A DNA stretch of 64,000 nucleotides from Nitrosopumilus sp. (GCA_965197525.1 OZ240211.1:1824001-1888000); one strand, 5' to 3'. Shown: positions 30,157 to 43,300, counted from the first letter of the stretch. The notes: generated by a model not told the origin, from the sequence alone. Program-made: numbers and translations.

Positions 30157-30661
30157 TGCTGTATTTCTTGGACTGGCAGTCATTACAATTGGCTCTGCAA
30201 TTGCAGCATTGGAGCTACGCTCATTAATCTATGGTTCAATTGCCCTGATGGGTGTTTTGGGCGGTATTGCCGGATTCTTCTTTTTACTTGATGCACCATT
30301 TGTTGCCTTGTTCCAGATAGCAGTGTACGTTGGCTCTATCGCTGTTTTAATCTTGTTTACTGTAATGCTTGTAAAGCGGGAGTTAATCTTTAAAAAGATC
30401 GAAGACAAGAGACGAAAGTTTGCAGGAATCGGATTGATGCTTGTAGTTATGGTGTCACTGGGTGCCGTCTTTTTGGATTCTGGAATTAAAACTATAACTA
30501 CTGATGAACCCCCTGTTGATTTTAGAGCTATTGGTGCTGACTTTGTAACATATTATTGGCCTGCACTAATACTGATGGGGTTGATACTTGCAGGTTCTGT
30601 TACAGGCGCACTAGTTTTGGCTAAACGTGAGGATTTGGAGAATGACAAGCGAACTAGTTGA
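30149..30661 (+). CDS. nuoJ: Complex I subunit J (start MADAVF)
   Basis: QIAVYVGSIAVLILF; operon position. Confidence 0.93.
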   Translation: MADAVFLGLAVITIGSAIAALELRSLIYGSIALMGVLGGIAGFFFLLDAPFVALFQIAVYVGSIAVLILFTVMLVKRELIFKKIEDKRRKFAGIGLMLVVMVSLGAVFLDSGIKTITTDEPPVDFRAIGADFVTYYWPALILMGLILAGSVTGALVLAKREDLENDKRTS

Positions 30662-30947
30662 TTTTACCCTAGTCTCTGTTGCTTTGCTGGGGATAGGAAT
30701 TTACGGTCTAGCAGTAAAACGTAACTTTATTCGAATGCTCTTTGCAGTCGAAATCATTATCAATGCTGCAAACTTGAATTTGGTGGCATTTGCCAGATTC
30801 TTACCTCACAGTGGCGGACAGACTATGGCGTTATTCTCAATTGCAATAGCCGCAGCCGAGGTTGCAGTAGGACTATCTTTAATCATTGTTGCTTATCGTA
30901 TGTATCAAAATGTCGATATTGCAGACTTTAGGAGCTTGAAGGGCTAA
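30642..30947 (+). CDS. nuoK: Complex I subunit K (start MTSELV)
   Basis: AVEIIINAANL and AAAEVAVGL. Confidence 0.95.
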   Translation: MTSELVDFTLVSVALLGIGIYGLAVKRNFIRMLFAVEIIINAANLNLVAFARFLPHSGGQTMALFSIAIAAAEVAVGLSLIIVAYRMYQNVDIADFRSLKG

Positions 30948-32560
30948 TGGAATATGCATTACTACAGGCAGTCTTCTTGCCTCTATTGTTATCCCCTGTG
31001 GCATATATCATTGGACGAAAGATGGGTCCGACACCTGCAATGTGGTTTACATTTGGACTTTTGTTGTATACTACCACTCTTGTCATTCATTCAGCACTTT
31101 CAGGCACTGTTGAGGAGCACTATCCTTGGACTACACAGTTCGGTGAGTTTGGATTCTTACTTGATGGTTTAGCATCACCATTTGCAATAATGATATATGT
31201 TCTATCTACCATCCTGGCATTGTATTCTAAACCATACATGGTACACAAATTCCACGAACAGTTCAAAGAAGAGAATGGTATTGATGTTGCTGCTACTGCT
31301 ACCGGTGATGTTGCAGACAGCAGCAGCAACAATAGTAGCAGCAGTAGCAGCAGCAGGACACAAACATCTCTAGTAGAGTCGTCTGCTCTTACAAATTACG
31401 TCAATGCCAAATCCGGACTGTATTTTGCATTATATCTGGTATTTGCAATGGGAATGCTAGGGACAGTCCTAGCTACAAACCTCATTGAATTTTATATCTT
31501 CTTTGAGGTTATGCTCATCCCTGGTTTCTTTCTAGTTGCACTTTGGGGTGATGGTCCGCGAAGAAAGATCGGTCTAATGTTCTTGTTTTGGACTCATACC
31601 GGCGCAGTTGTTTTGTTGTTGGGATTTTTGATGATCGGTCTGACTATTGGCAGCTTTGATTTTGCAGACATCTCAGAATCTGAGATCCCGCCTGATATTG
31701 TAATGCTATCTGCAGTTGCTATTACCATAGGGTTGGGAGTAAAGCTGGCAGTATTCATGTTCCATATATGGCTACCATACGTTCACGGTTCTGCCCCGAC
31801 ACCAATTAGCGCGCTGTTGTCACCTGCCATGATCGGTATCGGCGCTTATGGTATATTTCGATTAATTATAGAGTTCTTACCCTCAACATTTGCTGAATTA
31901 TCAATATGGTTCCACATTTGGGGTCTTGTAACTATGATTTATGGTGGGGCAATGGCATTGATGCAAGATGACCTAAAACGACTGTTGGCATACTCTAGTA
32001 TCAGTCAGATGGGTTACATCCTGTTTGGTATTGGTTCAATGTCCGTACTAGGGCTTGCCGGAGCTGAGATGATGTATGTGACACACGCAATTGGAAAAGG
32101 CATTCTCTTCATGATGGCAGGCATCATCATAGTAAAAGTGGGAACCCGCAGCATCTCAAAACTTGGAGGGCTGGCAGGAAAGATGCCGATAACTGCTGTG
32201 TGTGCAGTGATTGGCGCATTGACCATAATGGGCGTTCCACCAACTAGCGGTTTTATGGGTGAGTGGGTATTGTTCTTTGGTGCATTGGAGACTGCAATTC
32301 ATGACGGCTCTACACTGCGTGCAGTAACATTTGGTCTGGGTCTTGTTGCGACTGTTCTTACAATGTCTTACATGCTGTGGATGCTAAAACGTGTGTTCTT
32401 TGGAAAGACGCCTGAGCATCTTGAGAATGTCAAAGAGGGAAGCTGGTACATGACTGCACCAATGATGGTGCTTGCAGGATTCTCAATAGTTGTTGGAATT
32501 TATCCTGACATATTCTTCAATACAATAATTCCGTATATGGGTGGAGTGCTGGGGGCGTAA
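30947..32560 (+). CDS. nuoM: Complex I subunit M, with a Ser-rich insertion
   Basis: FHIWLPYVHGSAP and LLAYSSISQMG. Confidence 0.95.
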   Translation: MEYALLQAVFLPLLLSPVAYIIGRKMGPTPAMWFTFGLLLYTTTLVIHSALSGTVEEHYPWTTQFGEFGFLLDGLASPFAIMIYVLSTILALYSKPYMVHKFHEQFKEENGIDVAATATGDVADSSSNNSSSSSSSRTQTSLVESSALTNYVNAKSGLYFALYLVFAMGMLGTVLATNLIEFYIFFEVMLIPGFFLVALWGDGPRRKIGLMFLFWTHTGAVVLLLGFLMIGLTIGSFDFADISESEIPPDIVMLSAVAITIGLGVKLAVFMFHIWLPYVHGSAPTPISALLSPAMIGIGAYGIFRLIIEFLPSTFAELSIWFHIWGLVTMIYGGAMALMQDDLKRLLAYSSISQMGYILFGIGSMSVLGLAGAEMMYVTHAIGKGILFMMAGIIIVKVGTRSISKLGGLAGKMPITAVCAVIGALTIMGVPPTSGFMGEWVLFFGALETAIHDGSTLRAVTFGLGLVATVLTMSYMLWMLKRVFFGKTPEHLENVKEGSWYMTAPMMVLAGFSIVVGIYPDIFFNTIIPYMGGVLGA

Positions 32561-32563
32561 TGA

Positions 32564-34651
32564 ATGGCTACTGAAGTTTTAGGAATATCATCTGAGATGG
32601 CAGTAGTACTTGCCGGATGGCTAGTATGGATACTGCCGTTTGCAGCAGCGCTAATCATTCCGGGGATTGCAAAATTCTCAAAACATGCCACTGGATACGT
32701 TGCAGTAGCGTTTGCTTTGATGAGCGCTCTGTCTGCTGCAACTCTGATTCCTGTTGCTTTGGATGCGCATGAGATACACCATCAAATTATGTGGATAGAT
32801 GCAATAGGTCTGGAGGCAGGCATCTTGGCTGATCCGCTCTCCATAATAATGACAAATGTTGTTGCTTGGATATCACTTCTCATCATGATATACAGTACCG
32901 GCTATATGAAAGGCGACAAGGCCATCCCACGATTCTGGTTCTGGATGCTGTTCTTTATTGGTTCAATGCAGTTGATTGTACTCTCTGATAACCTCCTTCA
33001 GGTATTCTTTGGTTGGGAAGGTGTCGGACTGGCATCATACGCGCTTATCAGCTTTTGGTACCGTGATAAAAAGAAGGATCACGTAGGTACCGAGGGACGC
33101 ACTGTTCTTGGAATGCTAGACTATTATTCCCCTACACATGCCGGCATGAAGGCGTTTATCATGACCAAAGTGGGTGACGTGATGATGATAGCAGGCATGC
33201 TGTTGATATTCCTGTTTGCAGGCACCTTTGGATTCAGGGAACTAGTAGGTGATACTGCGTGGGCAACTACGATGGCATCCCAAGGCCTGCTTGTTCCTGC
33301 GTTTGTCTTGCTGTTTGGCGGCGCAATAGGAAAGTCCGCACAATTCCCATTAAATGAATGGCTGTTAGAGGCCATGACCGGCCCTACTGCCGTATCTGCA
33401 TTGATTCATGCAGCTACCATGGTAAAGGCAGGCGTATTCTTGGTAGCCCGTATAGGCCCTATCGTATTTGCACTAGGCGCCGCAGGCATCCTTGCAGATC
33501 AGTTCTTTGAGATTGTAGCTTGGGTTGGCGCAATCACTGCGTTGTTACTTGCAACACAGGGAATGGTTAATCCTGAAATTAAAAAAGTACTTGCGTATTC
33601 TACCGGTTCTCAAATTGGCTATATGATGATGGCCTTGGGTGTTGCAGGACTTGCCCACCAGTACGTCGACGGTTACACTGCAGGATTCTTCCATCTTATC
33701 TCGCATGCAATGTTCAAGGCATCCCTGTTTATGGCAGCCGGTTCGCTATTGCACATTGTAGGTTCCAGGTTTATGACTGATATGGGTGGTCTGCGTAAAC
33801 AGATGAAAAAGACATATGCGTTTATGTGGGCAGCAGGTCTTGGCCTGATGGGCGCACCGTTTATCACAACTGGATTTTGGAGCAAGGATGCGATATTTGC
33901 CGCAGTATACGAATCAGGCAACGAGTGGGCATTGCCACTGTTCATTATTGCCGTACTGACTGCAATTATCACGGCATTCTACACAACACGAATGATCGGT
34001 CTGGTATTCTTTGGAGAAAAGAGCGAACACATCAAGCACGTAGAAAAAGATGGAGGACATCTAATCCATGATGCACCAGTATCCATGTGGATTCCATACG
34101 GAATTTTAGCCGTACTGACCATCGGAATAGGCATTATTGGATTATCAGCAGAAGAGGGGCTGCACCATCTCTTTGAAGAATACCTAGAGGAGTCATTTGG
34201 CATTCACACAGAACACGTTTCCATGCAAGCATCATCTATCTTGCCTGAGTTCTTACAAGGCCTCAATCCTGTAGCATTGGGTGCCTCCCTAGTAGCGTTT
34301 GCCACTGGAATTGGACTAGGTTACATATTTTACATTGGCAGATGGGTTGATCCCGTAAGATTTGTCAACTCTAACATCTTCTTTTACTCAATTCATAAAC
34401 TCTTCTTGAACAGATGGTATCTTAATGCAATCGTATACTGGTGTTTTGTTGTAGCACCACTATGGCTTGCAAGAGGCGTGTTTAGATACTTTGAAAAGAC
34501 AGCTATTGACTATGGTATGAACGGCGGAGTTCAGAAAGCAGTTAGTTGGAGTGCAAGAGTCATTCAAGGAACTCAGACTGGAGTATCGCAATCGTATCTA
34601 TTTGTATTTGGAGCAGGATTACTATTTGTAGTCTTGATATTGTTGATATAG
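32564..34651 (+). CDS. nuoL: Complex I subunit L
   Basis: GKSAQFPL, AMTGPTAVSALIHAATMV and KKVLAYST. Confidence 0.96.
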   Translation: MATEVLGISSEMAVVLAGWLVWILPFAAALIIPGIAKFSKHATGYVAVAFALMSALSAATLIPVALDAHEIHHQIMWIDAIGLEAGILADPLSIIMTNVVAWISLLIMIYSTGYMKGDKAIPRFWFWMLFFIGSMQLIVLSDNLLQVFFGWEGVGLASYALISFWYRDKKKDHVGTEGRTVLGMLDYYSPTHAGMKAFIMTKVGDVMMIAGMLLIFLFAGTFGFRELVGDTAWATTMASQGLLVPAFVLLFGGAIGKSAQFPLNEWLLEAMTGPTAVSALIHAATMVKAGVFLVARIGPIVFALGAAGILADQFFEIVAWVGAITALLLATQGMVNPEIKKVLAYSTGSQIGYMMMALGVAGLAHQYVDGYTAGFFHLISHAMFKASLFMAAGSLLHIVGSRFMTDMGGLRKQMKKTYAFMWAAGLGLMGAPFITTGFWSKDAIFAAVYESGNEWALPLFIIAVLTAIITAFYTTRMIGLVFFGEKSEHIKHVEKDGGHLIHDAPVSMWIPYGILAVLTIGIGIIGLSAEEGLHHLFEEYLEESFGIHTEHVSMQASSILPEFLQGLNPVALGASLVAFATGIGLGYIFYIGRWVDPVRFVNSNIFFYSIHKLFLNRWYLNAIVYWCFVVAPLWLARGVFRYFEKTAIDYGMNGGVQKAVSWSARVIQGTQTGVSQSYLFVFGAGLLFVVLILLI

Positions 34652-36136
34652 GTGATTTATGGCATGTTAGAGATTACTTCAACCCCACTGGTCTTAATTG
34701 CGATTCTAGGAACAGTCGGCGTCGTTCTTCCAATAATTAGTATTGCAAGAAAGGAACAGGGTTCTAACTCATTTTATGCCGTAATTGCGTTTGCTGCATT
34801 AATTGTATCGATGGGTTATGTAGGATACCAATTCATCAGTGATAACGTTGCAGCCGGTGCCCTATTCTCAGATGATGTGATAGCAGATGATGCATTTGGC
34901 GGATTCTTTGCCATTGCAATGTTAATTGTCGCAGTCTTCACTACCGTTGGCTCCTTTAACTATATGCGAAAGCATAACTCCCCTGCTGTATACTATTCGT
35001 TAATTCTGCTTGCCACAATAGGTATGGTACTAGTTGCGTATTCGACTGATCTTGTAATGCTGTTTGTGGCATGGGAACTCATGAGTATCCCAACGTATGT
35101 TCTAGTGGGCTACATGAAGAAGAATCCGAGCTCAAATGAGGCTGCTTTAAAGTACTTTTTGTTTGGCGCACTCTCCTCTGCAATAATCGTCTATGGCATC
35201 TCAATTGCATACGGCCTGACAGGCTCTACAAACATTGGCGAGGTAATTGCAGGCTTTGCAGCACTCGATTCATCGTTGCTGCCGTTGGCGCTACTCTCAG
35301 TTGGAATGTTTATTGCAGGATTTGGATTCAAGATGGGTCTTGTCCCATTCCATCAATGGCTTCCTGATACTTATGATGGCGCTCCTCCACCAATCACTGC
35401 TTTACTTGCCGCTGCAACCAAAAAGGCAGGCTTTGCAGCAACAATACGTATCGTAATTCTTGGAATGGTAGTTCTGAATCTTGATTGGACGCTGGCGTTG
35501 GGTATCCTGGCAATTATGACCATGACTGTAGGAAATATTGCAGCAATTATGCAAAAGAGCATATCTCGAATGCTTGCATATTCCAGTATTGCCCATGCAG
35601 GATACATTCTGATTGGATTGGCAGTAGCACCCCACAGTTCGCTTGGTCTGCAAGGATCGCTATATCAGATTATGAATCATGCAGTAATGAAGGGAGCTGC
35701 CTTTATTGCAATTGCAGGAATTGTTACAACTCTTGCAGTAACGCATATTGACAAGCTCAAAGGTCTGGGACGACGAATGCCCATTACTGCACTTGGTCTA
35801 GTCATTGCGTTGTTTGCACTAGCTGGCGTTCCTCCACTATCCGGATTCTGGAGTAAGTTGATGTTGTTTGGCGGTGCTTTGGATGCAAGCTCTGTATTGT
35901 GGTGGGCTCCATGGCTTGCAATTGCAGGCGTTCTAAACAGTGCACTGTCACTTGCGTACTATGGCTGGCTTACAAGAAAGATGTACTTTGAGGGTGAGAA
36001 CGAGAAGCGTGTTAAAGAACCTAGATCCATTATTGCAGTTATGATATTCTCTACAATATTCCTAGTAGGATTCGGCGTGTATCCTGAACCATTGATTCAA
36101 TTCGTTGAATTTGCAGCACCTGTTTTAGGATTTTAA
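34652..36136 (+). CDS. nuoN: Complex I subunit N
   Basis: EAALKYF, PFHQWLPD and RMLAYSSIAH. Confidence 0.96.
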   Translation: MIYGMLEITSTPLVLIAILGTVGVVLPIISIARKEQGSNSFYAVIAFAALIVSMGYVGYQFISDNVAAGALFSDDVIADDAFGGFFAIAMLIVAVFTTVGSFNYMRKHNSPAVYYSLILLATIGMVLVAYSTDLVMLFVAWELMSIPTYVLVGYMKKNPSSNEAALKYFLFGALSSAIIVYGISIAYGLTGSTNIGEVIAGFAALDSSLLPLALLSVGMFIAGFGFKMGLVPFHQWLPDTYDGAPPPITALLAAATKKAGFAATIRIVILGMVVLNLDWTLALGILAIMTMTVGNIAAIMQKSISRMLAYSSIAHAGYILIGLAVAPHSSLGLQGSLYQIMNHAVMKGAAFIAIAGIVTTLAVTHIDKLKGLGRRMPITALGLVIALFALAGVPPLSGFWSKLMLFGGALDASSVLWWAPWLAIAGVLNSALSLAYYGWLTRKMYFEGENEKRVKEPRSIIAVMIFSTIFLVGFGVYPEPLIQFVEFAAPVLGF

Positions 36137-36278
36137 ATGGCGCTGTCTAGATTTTTCCCGGAAAATCACCCCCGATAAGCTTGAAGATCGTGCCGCAACC
36201 TGTTGAAATTCTTATTGATCAAAGATCCCGATGCCATGCTAATGTCAAAACGATACAGACATGACAAGCAAAACAGGC

Positions 36279-36581
36279 ACAGCAGTAGCAGTAGTAATAG
36301 TAACAGTAGCAGCATGATTCACACATCAGAAAATACAAGATACGTCAGTGCCGAAACTATGTGGCATATGAGGTAAGGCGCAGAAACGAGGGCAGAAAGA
36401 TATCGGCGGGACCAAGTCTCAAAAGACTGATCCTCGCCGGATGGAAGGACGTCTCTGAACACGAGCTGCCATACTGTTGTTGTTGTTGTTGTTGTTGTTG
36501 CTGTGTGTGCCTGCCGGACTGCGAGTTTAGGAGGAGGAGAAGGAGAAAGAGAGGATGAGGAGGATGAGGAGGAGGAGGAGG
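36279..36581. repeat. Trinucleotide microsatellites: (CAG/TAG)n, (TGT)8 at 36475-36498, (GGA/GAG)n
   Basis: Seen directly in the sequence. Confidence 0.85.
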
Positions 36582-36796
36582 CACTCGTACAGGACGCACG
36601 TGACATACATGGAATTGCATCCAGGTACGGTAAGCATGTGCGGCCTAAAGGATTCCATCAAAATCGTGGCTGCAGACTGTCTGCTGCACTATCAGGTAAG
36701 ACGGATATTATGATGAATTTTCTTCTGGCTCAATCCTGCACCGACGCAGATGGCACGCTTGCAGGCGACTCGTCGGGATTCTCCATAATGAGGTAG
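36316..36796 (+). pseudogene. Probable decayed DDE transposase
   Basis: Fragments in different frames: IPSKSWLQ and GTLAGDSSGFS (first DDE Asp motif). Confidence 0.4.
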
Positions 36797-37368
36797 ACAT
36801 AGGAACCAAAGCTTAATGTGATGATATATGTTGGCAGGAAATCCCAACCTTGATGAACTTTCGATTTCAAGTTTTTTACACAAGATAAAAACCTGTTCAG
36901 ATTAAAGATCTAGTAGTGGTTATTGCATAATGTCATTTTGATTGAAAAATGAACAGCTTTTTGTCCAATACTGCCAATAATCTCTAATGTGTACTTACTA
37001 GCCTAAGACTAGTTTAGATGACCTCTTTGTTATATGATGACTGTTTTTAATACTGAGTGTGAATTTTGTAATTCTTTCAAGTAGTGTTGTTACTGATCCC
37101 AATCAAGACAAAGCACTTGGTAAAACTTCAAGTTGTCAAAAATACGATAAAAAAACCTTCAGTCAATTATCGTATCGTTGTTTACAAAATAATGGTGAAA
37201 AATAATGACAAATTATATTAATAATAATAGTAACAACACTGGCAAGTACATTTACAGGAACAATAAAAACAGATTCTGTATACGTGACATCCAATTCTCA
37301 AACTCCTCTCTGACTGCAATATTGACTATAGTTGCTTTAGCTAGTCTGAAGAATGTTGTTGTGGTGGT

Positions 37369-40300
37369 GTGGGGGGGGGGGGTCTGAGGAAGAGAAGAGA
37401 CGGCAGAACCCTTGCAATCACGGCGCTGGCGCTTGTGATGGCGGCTGGGCTCTTGATCACGCAGCCTGGGAGCTGGACTGGCGCGCCCCTGGATGTCGAT
37501 ACTGCCGTTCTGAATGCGTGGCCTCCGTCCGGTGATGCCGTATTCGCGTGGCTGTTGTCAGAATATGCGTTTGCACAGTCTGTAAATGTGGCACCTACCC
37601 TGACACCTGCAGGTCATATCAACACCACCAGCCCCGGCAGTTCCCTGCTTGACACACCGCAGAGCATAGCCGTCTTTGAATCCGGGAACAACAGATACGC
37701 AGCCGTCAAAGCGGTCCATGGCGTCCAGATATTGAACATCACAAACCCTGACAACATTACCGCTACAGACAGCATTGCTGATGGTGGTAGCCGCGTGCTT
37801 TTTGGCTCGGGCTACGTAGATGTCTACATGTCAGGGAACAATCACTACGCAGCCGTTGCAGCAAGAACTGATGACGGCGTCTCGATATTTGACATCACAA
37901 ACCCTGCCAGCATCACACTCGTGGGTCAAATCAAGGACAATACCAGCATCAGACTTGAGGGCCCACGCGGCATCGACGTCTACGAATCTGGAAGCAGCCG
38001 CTACGTGATAGTTGCCACAGATGAGGAAGACGGCGTCCAGATACTGAACATCACAAACCCTGCTAGTATTACTGCAGCAGGTAACATCGCCGAAGATGAC
38101 GATCTCGAGCTTGCCAACCCATACGGCGTCGAGGTCTACAAGTCCAACGACAACATATACGCAATCGTTGCCGGAAACAGTGACGACGGCGTCCAGATAC
38201 TGAACATCACAAACCCTGCCAGCATTACTGCAACAGATAACCTCGAAAAAAGTGGAACTACCCAGCTTGATGGCGCGCGTGACGTTGCCATCTTTGAGTC
38301 CGGGAACAGCATATACGCAGCCGTCACCGCAAGCAATGATCACGCCGTCCAGATACTTGACATCACAGACCCTGCCAACATCATCGAAGCTGACAGCATC
38401 AGAGATACTACCAATCTTCGAAGCGCGTGGGGAATTGACATCTTCGAGTCCGGTGACAGCCGCTACGCAGTCGTCGCCGCCTCAAGCAGCCACCGCGTCC
38501 ATATACTAAACATCACAAACCCTGACAGTATCACCAAAGCCGGCAGCATCGTCGACACTAACGACCTCATACTTGAAACTCCTATCGGCATCGCAGTCTT
38601 CGAGTCAGGTGGCAGCCTCTACACAGCCGTTGTCTCACAAGCTGAAAACGGCGTCCAGATAATAGGTCTGGGGGTGATGTCAGCAGAGATGGTTGTTCCT
38701 CCTATCCCTCCTACCAACACCCCTCCTACAGTTACTACAGGTCCGGACCTGCTCGTGACCAAGGGGCTGTCAGTCCACCTGACAGGGGCCTCTGCCGCAG
38801 ATGTCGACTCTGATGATGTGCTCTCTTATTCATGGTCACAAAATCCTACCGGCACCGTCACTTTCGATGATGCAACCTCGCTTAACCCTACCGTTACAGC
38901 TCCCTTGAGCGGTACTGCCACCTCTGTTGCACTGACACTGTCTGTAAATGACGGCACAAATGATGCCGTAACTGATACTATGACACTGACCATACAGGAC
39001 CCTCCCCCAAGCTTTGTCTCTTCCATCCTCAACTCCACATCAGGCGCACTTGCAATAACTTTTTCAGAGGACATCGATGTAACACCTGCCACAAACGTTG
39101 TTCCGGCCAAGATACACATAAGGGAGTCTGGTAATTACACAGGCGGCGGGATAACCTTGAATGCAGCCGAACTTGACACTACAGTTGATGGTACCACCAT
39201 ATCGTTTGCATTGAATGCATCGCGTCTTGCTACAGTTGTAGCACTGACTGTGCCGGAACTGACGATCGAGCCGGGGGCAGTACAGGATACGTCCGGCACC
39301 CTCATCGACGGCACCTTTGACGTCTCCACCGCTGTCTTCGTCGACGCCACCTCAATCTCAGCCAAGGAGGACGCTCCAAGAGGTCTGGCGTTCTCAAGCG
39401 ACGGCACCAAGATGTTTGTAGTAGGCTATCAAAATGCCGAGGTACACAAATACACGCTATCTACCGCCTTTGATGCATCCACTAGAAGTTTTGTTGATTC
39501 CTTCACAGGGCTCATAAGCGATGAACAACAGCCGCAAGACGTGACATTCTCGAATGACGGCACCAGGATGTTCGTATTGGGCAATGAGAACGACGAGATA
39601 CACGAATACACGCTGTCCACGGCCTTTGATTCACGCAATGCAGTCCGAGCTAGCGCCACCTCAATCTCAGAGGAATCTAACCCGCTAGGCATGGCGTTCT
39701 CAAGCGACGGCACCAAGATGTTCGTAATAGGCAATAGTGGCATGGATGTAAACGAATACGCCCTGTCCACGGCCTTTAATACAACCACTGCAGTCTTTGT
39801 AGATGACACCTCAATCTCAGGTCAGGACCCTGTTCCGACAGGCATGGCGTTCTCAAGCGACGGCACCAAGATGTTCGTAATAGGCAATCAAAACGACGCC
39901 GTAAACGAGTACGCGCTGACTACCACATTTGATGCCTCCACCCTAACCTTCGTGCATGCCGCCGATGTCTCGCAAGAGGAATTAGGCCCACAAGACGTGG
40001 CGTTCTCAAGCGACGGCGCCAAGATGTTTGTAATAGGTAGTGCTGGAGACGACGTAAACGAGTATACATTAAGCTCAGTCTACCCAATTACCGTGATCTC
40101 CGCTGCAGACGCCTTTATCACCACGTGGCAGACGACTTTAGCCAACCAGCCAATAAAAATACCTGTAGAGGTACATTCAGGAAAAGACTTTATCATAGAT
40201 TGGGGTGATGGTAATACAACCACAGTAACTGCTAACGGCATACAGTCACATACATACGCTACAGCTGATACCTACCGAGTCACCATGACTGGTGATCTGT

Positions 40301-43300
40301 CACGGATAAATCTTGGTGGTTCTGGCTCTACACCTGCGTTACTTCACTCAATTAACCAATGGGGGGACATCAAGTGGTCTAGCATGAATGGTGCATTCGG
40401 TGGTGCTACTACAATGACCCACAACGCCACTGACACACCGGATCTATCACAGGTTACTGACATGTCCCACATGTTTAACGATGCCCACGCATTTAACGGA
40501 GACATCTCTACCTGGAACACCTCGTCTGTTACCAACATGTCCCACATGTTTAACGATGCCAGTGAATTTAACAGAAACCTCTCTACCTGGAACACCTCAT
40601 CCGTTACCAACATGTCCTACATGTTCACCTCTGCCAACGACTTTAATGGAGATCTCTCTACCTGGAACACCTCGTCCGTTACCAACATGCGCGACATGTT
40701 CTCATTTGCCGCTGTATTTAACGGAGACATCTCCGGCTGGGATACCTCCTCAATCACCTCCATGTCCCACATGTTCGATGGTGCCGCCGCCTTCACGGGT
40801 GACCTCTCTGGATGGAATGTCTCACAGGTCATCACCATGTCCTACATGTTCTCGGACGCCCAATCATTTAACGGCGACCTCTCCGAATGGGATGTCTCAC
40901 AGGTTCAGAGCATGCAAAACATGTTCTCGGACGCCCAATCATTTAACGGCGACCTCTCCGAATGGGATGTCTCGAAGGTTAAATACATGGACTTTATGTT
41001 CCGTGGTGCCTTTGGCTTTGACAGCGACATCTCCGAATGGAACGTCTCACAGGTCACCACCATGTCCCACATGTTCTCCTCCGCCTTTGCCTTTGACAGC
41101 GACATCTCCGAATGGAACATCTCAAAGGTTACCGACATGGAAAACATGTTCTACTTTGCCACCAGTTTCGACCAGAACCTGGGCCCATGGTACATCGTAC
41201 TTGATAACGATTTCATAGATTTGAGGGATGCCGACACCACCACCATAGGCGTCATCTCCCCGCAGAACTCTGCGCTTGCAGGCCAGAACGGCGCGTACGG
41301 CATCGGTCAAAACCATGACTCTGACATGTTTGAGATTAACGGCACCAGCCTTGACATCAAGGCAGACGCAGACTATACTGCAAAGACTGATTATACCATC
41401 AACATAACCTCCACCCATCCCTATGGAACCGACAACCACCACCTAGTTGATGTGACAGTTACCGAGTCAGTCGATCCTGCCACGACGTTTGTCACCACCT
41501 GGCAGACCACCTCTGCCGGCGAGTCCATAACCATCCCAGTGGGAGATGCCACGGGCAACTATACTGTACACTGGGGCGATGACAGCACCAGCACACACAT
41601 AACTGATGCTGACCACACATACACACAGGCCGGCAGTCACACGGTCAGCATATCGGGCGATTTTACCCGGATACACCTTTTTGATGATGCAAACAACGCA
41701 GGCAAGCTCGCATCCATAGACCAGTGGGGCGACATATCGTGGACTACGATGCAGGATGCATTCAGGGGCGCGTCTAACATGGCATACAACGCCGATGACG
41801 CCCCAAATCTATCCGGGGCCACCTCTATGCACTCCATGTTCCGCGACACCTCCTTTAGCGCCGACCTTTCTACCTGGAACGTATCATCAGTTACCGATAC
41901 GAGCCGGATGTTCCAGAGCAGCTCCTTTAACGGCGACCTCTCCGGATGGAATGTCTCACAGGTTCAGAGCATGCGAAGCATGTTCTCCGATGCCTCCTCC
42001 TTCAACCAGCCCCTTGACACCTGGAACGTCTCCTCAGTTACCAACATGGCCTACATGTTCTACGATGCTGGCAGCTTCAACCAGGATCTGGACACCTGGA
42101 CTGTCTCAAGTGTTGAGACTATGGAATACATGTTCGGCTCCTCATCCACCTTCAATTCTGTCTTCAACGGCGACATCTCTACCTGGAACGTCTCCTCAGT
42201 TACCAACATGGAATTCATGTTCAATCATGCCTCCTCCTTCAACCAGCCCCTTGACACCTGGAATGTCTCGCAGGTCCAGAGCATGCGAAGCATGTTCTCA
42301 GGCGCCTCCTCCTTCAACCAGCCCCTTGACACCTGGAACGTCTCCTCAGTCACCAACATGTCCAACATGTTCTACAATGCTGCCAACTTTGATCAGAATC
42401 TGGGTCCATGGTACATTACACCGGATTCTGTAGACTTTCCTTATGTTGACTCACTTAACGTCACTGATATAACGCCCCAGAATAACGTACTTGCAGGACA
42501 CAACCCGGTATACGACATCGTAGCAGGTGGTAACTTTACACTGTTTGAGATAGTGTCCGGTTCTGACACTCTGGCATTCAAGGCAACACCAACCAGTAAC
42601 GGTCTCCATCAGGTCAACGTGACTGCCACTGGAGGCTCTGTCTTTGAGAGTGGCAACAATTACCACATAATGCAAATAACTGTATCTGACATTCTGACAG
42701 ATAATACTCCACCCCGTGTTGCCTCCATACTGCGTGATACTCCTAGCGTTGCATCCACACCTCTTACTACACTAGTGTTTAATGTCACATTTAATGAACC
42801 AGTAACCAATGTGAATGATGATGACTTTACAGTAACGGGCACCGGCACAGGTACAATATCTGGCGTATCAGGTTCTGGTACATCATACCAGGTGACAGTC
42901 ACAGTAGCCGCTGTTGGAACCATCGGCTTGGATATCGCATCAGGACACAACATACAGGATGCTGCAAACAACGGTCTGACTGACCTGACAACGACTGGCT
43001 CTGATGAGACCTACACGGTAACAGACAGTACTCCGCCTCGTGTTACATCCATACTGCGTGATACTCCTAGCGTTGCATCCACATCTGCTACCACCCTGGT
43101 GTTTGCTGTCACGTTTGATGAACCAGTAATCAATGTGAGTAATGCCGACTTTGCAGTAACGGGCACCGGCACAGGTACAATATCTGGCGTATCAGGTTCT
43201 GGTACATCATACCAGGTGACAGTCACAGTAGCCGCTGTTGGAACCATCGGCTTGGATATCGCATCAGGACACAACATACAGGATGCTGCAAACAACGGTC

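Noticed and set aside
26325-35751. Alternate-frame ORFs within the nuo genes
   Set aside because: Fully overlap well-supported genes.
36319-36620. Poly-C/Q/S/T ORFs of 65-97 aa
   Set aside because: Artefacts of trinucleotide repeats.
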